64,000 nt of DNA, from assembly GCA_051294375.1 (NCBI GenBank), contig CM119268.1, positions 17,007,947-17,071,946 of the forward strand, written 5' to 3'. The position numbers and the translations under genes are program-made. Positions 54,801 through 64,000 of this stretch are shown here, in pieces. Positions within the stretch are counted from its first letter, which is position 1, and every line of letters begins with the position of its first letter. Origin of the DNA: Paraspadella gotoi (taxonomy: Eukaryota > Animalia > Chaetognatha). The notes beneath the pieces were generated by a model that worked only from the letters and a program-made list of their open reading frames with translations, had not been told where the DNA came from and searched no databases.

Positions 54801-57800
54801 CTGTTATCACTACTTAAATTTTTTTGTATGAACTAAAGATTATAAGTTAAGCATATTATCTCACTATTTTTTAATAATTTAATCACGATTTTTTTTCCTT
54901 TATTTTCTCATTTCGGATAGAAATAAAAATATTCGGCNNNNNNNNNNNNNNNNNNNNNNNNNNNNNNNNNNNNNNNNNNNNNNNNNNNNNNNNNNNNNNN
55001 NNNNNNNNNNNNNNNNNNNNNNNNNNNNNNNNNNNNNNNNNNNNNNNNNNNNNNNNNNNNNNNNNNNNNNNNNNNNNNNNNNNNNNNNNNNNNNNNNNNN
55101 NNNNNNNNNNNNNNNNNNNNNNNNNNNNNNNNNNNNNNNNNNGCCCCTCTTCGCTTTGGAAAGCAAGCCAGCAAGCAAGCAATCAAGCACGCGCCCAAGC
55201 AAGCCTATCGGCCGGCCATTTGAAAGCCTAACCTTGACTTGCCCAGAGCGGCTACAGCCCTCTTACTTCTATTTCTATTGCGACAAGCGTCTTGCAAGTC
55301 TCCTTTTCTCCCCAGTCCGCTTGCCTCCACCTTTTCCAGCTTCCCCGTCCCTTATCCATCCCTTGCCAATCCATTACCCGTCCCTTGCCAGCTTACCATG
55401 ATTCCCGCTACCGACCCCTTCCATGATCATTCCCAAGTGCTAGACCATCTTTATTCTTCCCTGTTGCTCCATGCCCCTTTTGTACGCCTCCATGCCAACT
55501 TCCCTGCCCGCTCCCTACTCTGTCCGACCCCCCTGTCCGCCTCTATGCCCGCTTCGACCGCGCAACGAAGGCGGGACTCACGCTCGGACGAGTCGTCCGA
55601 TGCAATTGGACCGAACCTCGTCACCGGAAAAGCCGGGGAGAAAGAAAAGGGGAGGGAGGAAGGGAGGAAAGTGGAAGAGTGGGAGGGAAGAAGATGGAGG
55701 GGAGGATGGAAGGAAGGAAGAAAGAGAATGTGAAAGAGGGCGAGGNNNNNNNNNNNNNNNNNNNNNNNNNNNNNNNNNNNNNNNNNNNNNNNNNNNNNNN
55801 NNNNNNNNNNNNNNNNNNNNNNNNNNNNNNNNNNNNNNNNNNNNNNNNNNNNNNNNNNNNNNNNNNNNNNNNNNNNNNNNNNNNNNNNNNNNNNNNNNNN
55901 NNNNNNNNNNNNNNNNNNNNNNNNNNNNNNNNNNNNNNNNNNNNNNNNNNNNNNNNNNNNNNNAAAAAAAAGAACTGAAATAAAAATAAAGACAAAATGG
56001 CGAACAGAAAAAAAAATGGGGAAGCGACCAAAAGGAAGCGAAGCAGTGAAGGAAAAGCAGGTAAGACGCGATTAAAAAAAGAAAAGAAAAAAAGAAGAAA
56101 AAAAAATTTCTCTGTCAAACAAACGAACATCGGTTGACGAAATTTGTGTGTGAAATATTTGTTTTCTTTTTTCTTTTTTATAATTTTTCTTTCTTCTCTT
56201 TNNNNNNNNNNNNNNNNNNNNNNNNNNNNNNNNNNNNNNNNNNNNNNNNNNNNNNNNNNNNNNNNNNNNNNNNNNNNNNNNNNNNNNNNNNNNNNNNNNN
56301 NNNNNNNNNNNNNNNNNNNNNNNNNNNNNNNNNNNNNNNNNNNNNNNNNNNNNNNNNNNTTTTTTTTTCCACTCATACACTCGACAAAAGATACAGTCGT
56401 TTCTCCTCGTAATCGGATAAATCTCAATATCGGCCATTCAAACATCTATTCGCCCACNNNNNNNNNNNNNNNNNNNNNNNNNNNNNNNNNNNNNNNNNNN
56501 NNNNNNNNNNNNNNNNNNNNNNNNNNNNNNNNNNNNNNNNNNNNNNNNNNNNNNNNNNNNNNNNNNNNNNNNNNNNNNNNNNNNNNNNNNNNNNNNNNNN
56601 NNNNNNNNNNNNNNNNNNNNNNNNNNNNNNNNNNNNNNNNNNNNNNNNNNNNNNNNNNNNNNNNNNNNNNNNNNNNNNNNNNNNNNNNNNNNNNNNNNNN
56701 NNNNNNNNNNNNNNNNNNNNNNNNNNNNNNNNNNNNNNNNNNNNNNNNNNNNNNNNNNNNNNNNNNNNNNNNNNNNNNNNNNNNNNNNNNNNNNNNNNNN
56801 NNNNNNNNNNNNNNNNNNNNNNNNNNNNNNNNNNNNNNNNNNNNNNNNNNNNNNNNNNNNNNNNNNNNNNNNNNNNNNNNNNNNNNNNNNNNNNNNNNNN
56901 NNNNNNNNNNNNNNNNNNNNNNNNNNNNNNNNNNTCTCCGGGCGAGGGTGGTCGGAAGTGGAGGGGGAGGGAGGTGGGACATTTCGAGGGAATGGGGGAT
57001 GGTAAGGTGAAAAATGGGGGTTTTTTCAATGGCCTTTAAGGTGGTTTTTTTTTTAATTTTCTTCAGATTTTGTCTTTCTTAATTCTTTTTGTATTTAATG
57101 TCGCTCCCCGTTGAAAAGAGCCTGTTCGTTGAGCAGATCATCAGGGGGTTTTTAATCTCAACATCCCTGGCGTTGTTCAATCCCTCTCTAACTCTCTCTC
57201 TCTCTCTCTATTTCTCTCTCTCTCTCTCTGTCAGACTCCAAAGAAAGGATATCTCAACTCCTCTCACCTTTTCCCCCTCTATCTTTTTTCACTTTATATT
57301 CCTTTCCTCCCTTCATATTCCTCGGTTTCCTCTCTTTTTTCTGCCGACTTTCCACCGCCTGTGCACGGCTCACGACGCGGCCGCCTCGCCTTGCTGCCTC
57401 CCCCCCGCCCACCCCGCCACGGCGCAGCCTCAGCCGCAGCAGCCGAGTCGGTGCCCGATCGCCCGGTCGGATCAAGGGGCGAAATTTCGATAATTGAGAC
57501 AGAAGCCTCAGGACGAGAAAGGGGATCTGTGTGGGGAAAAAAGGATCTGTGTAGGGAAAAAGAGATCTGTGTGTATAAATGGGGATCAGTACGTAAAAAG
57601 TGGGAAATGGGGAAAGGAATGGGCAAAGATGAAGATTGAGAAAGACCACTGATTTAATTTTGTTGCTTATAAAATAATACTTGTTTCACGTTCAAACCTT
57701 ATTTTATTTACTTATTTTTCATGTAAAATGTATAACAACGCTGTTTCTGTTTTTGCGTATTTTTCTTTATTATTTTCTTTATTGGCTACAGGCTTTCCTT

Positions 57801-59059
57801 CTTGATAAATTTTGTGAAAATCGTATTTTTAACACTAAAGTTGTAAAACCCGAAATGGGAATAAAAATCGCAAAACGAAAGATCGCGACATAACGCGGCG
57901 ACGCAGCGTCGAAGCAGCGGCTCCGCTGCAGCCTAACAGCGGCTCCGCAGCGGCGGCGCAAGACAAACGTGGCGCCCTGGTCGCCCGTTAGTCGAGGTAA
58001 GTAACCGTTCTAGTCGGGAGGGGAGCGCGGCCGGGGTCGACGGTAGAGGGGGCGACGGAAAGGGGGGCGTGCCTGCGACCTCTAACGAGCTTTTAACCCT
58101 TTCCGTCTCGCGGGGAAGCCAGGAATTGCAATCGTCGTCGTCGTCGTCGTTTGCCTTCGCTGTCACCGTCGTCGTTGTTGTCGCGCCTCTTTGTGTTTCT
58201 GTCGTCGTCGTCTTCGTCGTCCCTTCACAGTCGTCACCGTTATCGTCGTCATAGAAACCGACGGGGATTCGACTCACGACGACCAGGTCCGCCGCTCGAA
58301 TTCGAGAGGTTGAAAGGTCCTTTCCCCGGATGTAGATTTCTTATCACTTACCCGGACCTTTATCCTTTTCTTATCATTTACCCGGATGTTGATACCTTTT
58401 TTCATCACTTATCTAAAGTACCTTTTTTAGAACTACGAATAGATAAATTCCACAAACTACATATTTTCACATGTATGTGGCCTTCGCCTACACACCCAAC
58501 CAACTTTTATTTTTTTTGCTTTTCAGGTGAATCATGAATTTCTTTCTTCTTTCGCTTCTGTCACTCTCCCTTTAATATGCTATCATAACCCCAAAGTCCT
58601 TTTATAATCTATTAAAGTAAATTTCACGTTTCCCACTCTCACTCCCTTAGGGTTGATCTTATCACTTGCCGTTNNNNNNNNNNNNNNNNNNNNNNNNNNN
58701 NNNNNNNNNNNNNNNNNNNNNNNNNNNNNNNNNNNNNNNNNNNNNNNNNNNNNNNNNNNNNNNNNNNNNNNNNNNNNNNNNNNNNNNNNNNNNNNNNNNN
58801 NNNNNNNNNNNNNNNNNNNNNNNNNNNNNNNNNNNNNNNNNGAGAGAGAGAGAGAGAGAGAGTGAAGGGGAGGCCGGGTAAAAAAGGTCATCGGAGGTCA
58901 ACCTCACATAATGGAATTGTTATGCGAGAGGCAAATGGACAGAATGGCAACAATAACCGAGAAATGATATTTCTTTGTTTCGTTATTCACTTTTTTTCTT
59001 TTGTTTTAGTTGGAGTTTTGAGTATACTTTTACCGATATTTTTTACAGATATATTTACA

Positions 59060-59175
59060 GATAATTTTTCTTATCTGAATTTGAAATATAAACCCCTTAC
59101 GCCAGAAAAGCCAGACACAGAAAAGCCCAAAAAGGTAAAAATTATAGAAAATAAATATTAAAGACAAAATAAAAA

Positions 59176-59267
<92 letters not shown>

Positions 59268-59515
59268 AAAAAAGAAAGAAAGAAAGAAAGAAAGAAAGAA
59301 AATTCTTCCGTCGCTCCGTCTCTGTTTTGTATTCGGATGCTCCCCCTAGCGAATTAGCTATCCAATCATTTTTAAGATCCGCCCATATCTAGAAAAAGGG
59401 GTCGGATATTTTTCGGCTTTTTCTCTCCCAAACGCCATCCAAACAAAATCGCCACGCGACCCCCAACATTCTCTCTCTCTCTCTCTCTNNNNNNNNNNNN
59501 NNNNNNNNNNNNNAA

Positions 59516-59583
<68 letters not shown>

Positions 59584-60200
59584 GAGAGGAGCAGACATGT
59601 TGGGGCGCGTGGCGATTTTTGTTTGGCAATGGGCGTTGTGGGAGAAGAAAGAGAAGCCGAAAAGAGTATCCGACCGGCTTTTTCTAGAGATATGGGCGGA
59701 TACTTAAACATGATGATTGGATAGACTAATTCGCTAATAGGGGGAGCGATCCCGACAATCACAAAACAGGAGAACGGGAGCGAACAGGAAAGAATTTGTT
59801 CCCTGTGTCTGTTCTTATCTTTCTCTTTCTTTCTTTTTTTTTTTTTTTTTGTTTTCTTGCTATGCTTTCGTTTTCTTAGTTGGGCTTGTTCTTTCTTGCT
59901 TCTTTCTGGTCTTTCTCGTTCTTGTTGTCTTATTTTCTTTTCGTTTCCTTGTCTGGTACCTCTTTCACTTTTCTTGTTGCCGATTCTGGTATGATGGTGC
60001 GCTTTAGCACTTTCTTTCTCTTCTCTTTCTTTGTTTTTTCGTTTTTTTATTTGTGTCTTTAATATTTATTTTCTAATAGTATTTTTACCAGTTTTTGGGG
60101 CTTTTCTCTCTTTCTGTATGTTCTCTGGCTTTTTGCTTTCTTTTCTCCTGCTGGCGTAGGGGTTATATTTTTGCAAAAAATTCCAGATAAGAAAAATTTT
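59060..60200. repeat. Inverted duplication centred on the gap at 59489-59513
   Basis: 59595-59800 is an insertion-riddled reverse complement of 59300-59470, and 60050-60195 mirrors 59065-59175. Confidence 0.85.
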
Positions 60201-60342
60201 TAATCTTGCTAAAGGTTGGATATGACTCTCTGTCTCTCACTCTCAGGAAAAATCTTCAAAACGTGTGTCTCTCACCGACTGAATCTCGGCTCACGAAAAG
60301 AGACCGTGGAATATGCGATCCTTAATCTGGGTCACCCCAGGA

Positions 60343-60755
60343 CATGATGAAATGATGAAATGAAGAAAGAACAAAATGATGAAATGATGAAATGATGAAA
60401 TGATGAAATGAAGAAAGAACAAAATGATGAAATGAAGAAATAACAAAATGATGAAATGATGAAATGAAGAAAGAACAAAATGATGAAATGATAAAATGAA
60501 GAAAGAACAAAATGATGAAATGAAGAAAGAACAAAATAATGAAATGATGAAAGGAAAGAAAAAAATGATGAAATGATGAAATAAAGAAAGCACAAAATGA
60601 TGAAATGATGAAATAAAGAAAAACAAAATGATGAAATGATGAAAGGAAGAAAGAAAAAAAATGATGAAATGATGAAATGAAGAAAGAACAAAATGATGAA
60701 ATTATGAAATGAAGAAAAACAAAATGATAAAATTATGAAATGAAGAAAGAACAAA
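60343..60755. repeat. Compound minisatellite (ATGATGAA)n / ATGAAGAAAGAACAAA
   Basis: Directly visible array. Confidence 0.9.
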
Positions 60756-62433
60756 GAGATGTAAGAGAAAAAAATGTACAAGTAAAATAAAGTTTCGCTT
60801 ACAAAATATCATTTTTAGAATGCGACCACGTATTCAAAAATGACAACCAACAAAATCGTTAACGTAAGGGGTAAAAATTTTAAGAGCGGCCATTGAAATA
60901 AAAAAAAATAAAACTTTTTAATTTTTTGAATTTTACACAGAAGAACAACTATCGCCTTGTCAATCAGTCAGACAGAGTAGCCTTATGATACCAACCATCA
61001 CACACAATGAAGCGATCGTGACCCAAGAACTACTGCGCTCATAGGCTCCGAGGCGTTATCACGGTTATAGCCATTTTTTTCGTAGTAATATTAAAGGATG
61101 ATAGCGATCGAGAGAGAGAGTTAACGTTCGCTCGGGCGTCAAAGTTTTATCGGCGATGAAAGAGAGATAGCGTCGTCGTCCATCGTTGCGGCTGCTGGTG
61201 GATATAATTTATCGGGTGATTCCGCTGTTAAAACCTTTATATCGGGTGACGCAAAAGAGTGACAGCTTAAATTTTAGTTTTATTAATAAACGTAATTGGC
61301 ATTCCAGAGTGAAACAGAGAAAAGGATTACGGAAGAAGATCTAATAGAAGACAATATAGAGATGTCACGTGAGAATCATTGGATGAAAGAGACCAACTAA
61401 TGTAGAGCTTGATATCGGGTGATTCGGTCCTCTTTACGCCGTCATTATCGGGTGATCAGGGCCACCGATGGGAGCGTCGTATCGGGTGATTTTCTCCCGG
61501 CTTCAGTCTTTCTCCCCGGGAAATAATTGGGAAACCCATCGAAAAGGCATTTCATCGTTTGGGTCTTCGGATGGAGTGGGAGGTTGTTTATGGGAAAAGT
61601 GGGTTTCGAATGGCGGGGCGGCTGCGGCGGACGGCGGGCTGCGGGCTTCGGCGGCGGCGGCGGGCTGCGGATACGAAAGAACTCGAGCGTGCGCTTGTTA
61701 GAGCCGGAAGGCAGCTGCGACCGAAAAGCCAGGACGCAGATTTTTAAAGGATTCACTCTATATTCGCCGATGATTTACCCGTTATATTGCTCCCTCCCTC
61801 CCTCCCTTCCTCTCTATCCTCCTCTTACTCTTCCCTATTGCACCACTTTTATTACTCCGTCTATACGTTTTCATTTCAAATTAAAATTTCAAACTCTGCC
61901 TCATTCTTTCATATTTAACCTCATTTTTTTTTCTCCATAAGGATATTTTCCACTTAATGCATATTTTGAGAGTTTGCTTTCCTTTTCTTCCTTTCCACCA
62001 CCGCGGCCGGCGCCCCCATAAGTACGACAGGCCCCGATCCTTTGCTTCCGAATCGATAGTTCTTTATTTGAATTTTTATATATGAAATTGGTACAACCAA
62101 TATATAATATTTATATTATAGATCTGATGATAAAAGTTTTGAATTAGTTTTTTCTTAATTAAAAATTACATTTATTTATTTATGATTATCGACGATGGGC
62201 CCTCTTGGAGGGATATATTTTTTTCAGTCAGTGCAGTTTTCTCTTGCGACTTCAGAATTAATAGTATTTGAAAAGAACGGTAATCAGTTTTTTCACAATT
62301 TTTCACGAGAGAGAGAGAGAGAGAGAGANNNNNNNNNNNNNNNNNNNNNNNNNNNNNNNNNNNNNNNNNNNNNNNNNNNNNNNNNNNNNNNNNNNNNNNN
62401 NNNNNNNNNNNNNNNNNNNNNNNNNNNNNNNNN

Positions 62434-62465
<32 letters not shown>

Positions 62466-63009
62466 AGCCGAGCCAGCCCCGGTCGCGAGACGGAATAAAA
62501 AAGAAGAGATCTGAAAAGAAAAACCTGGATGATTAGGCGAAGGGGCGACGGAGGCCGGTCGCTGGTCTAATGACTCGCGCTGGCCTGACGAGGAATAATC
62601 TCGTGATTAATGAAGAGAACGATTATTAAAGAGCAATCAGTGAGATGCGAAGGGGAAAGGACGGAAGGAGGAGGAGGAGGAGGAAGTGTCGAGGGAGTGA
62701 GAGGAGGAAGAGCAGGTATAAGAAGAAGATGAATAAAAAAAGAAATGAAAGAAAATATAAATCTTTTACGCCTTTCCTTTTTTTTTTATTTCTGCAACGG
62801 GCTGTTTTTTAGCCAGGTTTTTCCAACGACTGGATGACACATGTTTCAAAAATAATATTAATGGGTCAATATTTAGTTTTTGAATGTTTCTATTAACTTT
62901 TTAGATGTATGACTAGATACTTGATAGTTACTGTTGACAAAGATACTAAATCGAAAACTTTGATATTGTCCACCACTTTATAAATGTTAAATCTTTTGCG
63001 TTCTCTCTC

Positions 63010-63040
<31 letters not shown>

Positions 63041-63693
63041 NNNNNNNNNNNNNNNNNNNNNNNNNNNNNNNNNNNNNNNNNNNNNNNNNNNNNNNNNNNN
63101 NNNNNNNNNNNNNNNNNNNNNNNNNNNNNNNNNNNNNNNNNNNNNNNNNNNNNNNNNNNNNNNNNNNNNNNNNNNNNNNNNNNNNNNNNNNNNNNNNNNN
63201 NNNNNNNNNNNNNNNNNNNNNNNNNNNNNNNNNNNNNNNNNNNNNNNNNNNNNNNNNNNNNNNNNNNNNNNNNNNNNNNNNNNNNNNNNNNNNNNNNNNN
63301 NNNNNNNNNNNNNNNNNNNNNNNNNNNNNNNNNNNNNNNNNNNNNNNNNNNNNNNNNNNNNNNNNNNNNNNNNNNNNNNNNNNNNNNNNNNNNNNNNNNN
63401 NNNNNNNNNNNNNNNNNNNNNNNNNNNNNNNNNNGAGGGAAAATAAGATAAAGAGAGCAAGAAAAAGTCACAGCCACTGCAGATACCTGCCTCTTCAATA
63501 CAAGGGGGTCAGGCTCCTTATACGCAAAAGCTGCAAAAGCACGCTGGATGCTACTGCTACTGCTACTGCTCCTGCAGCTACCCCTGCGACTGAGTCCAGT
63601 ACAGGCAGTAGTTCAACGGCAGCAGCGGCTGCTGCTTTCGCTCATCGACGTGAGCAACAGGTAGCATCGAGCGCAAGATCGCGCCGTCGTGAG

Positions 63694-63727
<34 letters not shown>

Positions 63728-64000
63728 TAATTCCGCCCGACATGAATTTAACCTCGCACGAGCTATGCACCGATAGTCGGAAGTTCCCTTTAAGTCTTTA
63801 AGTACTAGTTCATTATCCGATGAACGGAAACTTTTAATTTTACCTAATTTCTCCAACAGCGAGGGAGCGAATATTGGGTTCATATTTCATAGAGATAGTT
63901 AGCTCTTACTCAATCTTTGTAATTTTGGTATTGAATCTCTTTTCATAATGAAGTTCATTCGTCTTTGTTTTTTCTTACCTGCTAAGGTTTTCCACGGAAA

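Noticed and set aside
59060-60200. Large palindrome as a biological foldback element
   Set aside because: It is centred on an N gap and one arm has the insertion-rich error pattern of a raw long read, so it is most likely a gap-filling or hairpin-read artefact.

Overview
Draft-quality genomic DNA from an invertebrate animal. It has spliceosomal GT-AG introns, dense (GA)n/(CT)n and (GAC)n microsatellites, many N gaps, and stretches that look like unpolished long-read sequence with indels. Most listed ORFs are microsatellite or gap artefacts. (1) 1-8.1 kb: two to three degenerate, minus-strand copies of an LTR-like element, tentatively BEL/Pao gag. (2) A complete six-exon globin gene (10074-11111, +) with Trp at B10 and no intron at the usual B12.2 or G7.0 positions. 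(3) Three exons of a NOL4/NOL4L-like gene (minus strand). (4) Inside one NOL4 intron, two antisense paralogous small secreted prepropeptide genes (signal peptide, acidic spacer, KR, divergent mature peptide) flanking a structured GC-rich island with a tRNA-like head. (5) A gap-truncated initiator tRNA-Met, several non-autonomous elements and minisatellites, and about 40 kb with no recognisable coding sequence but with homotypic motif clusters. All family assignments come from motif recognition by eye, not from database searches.
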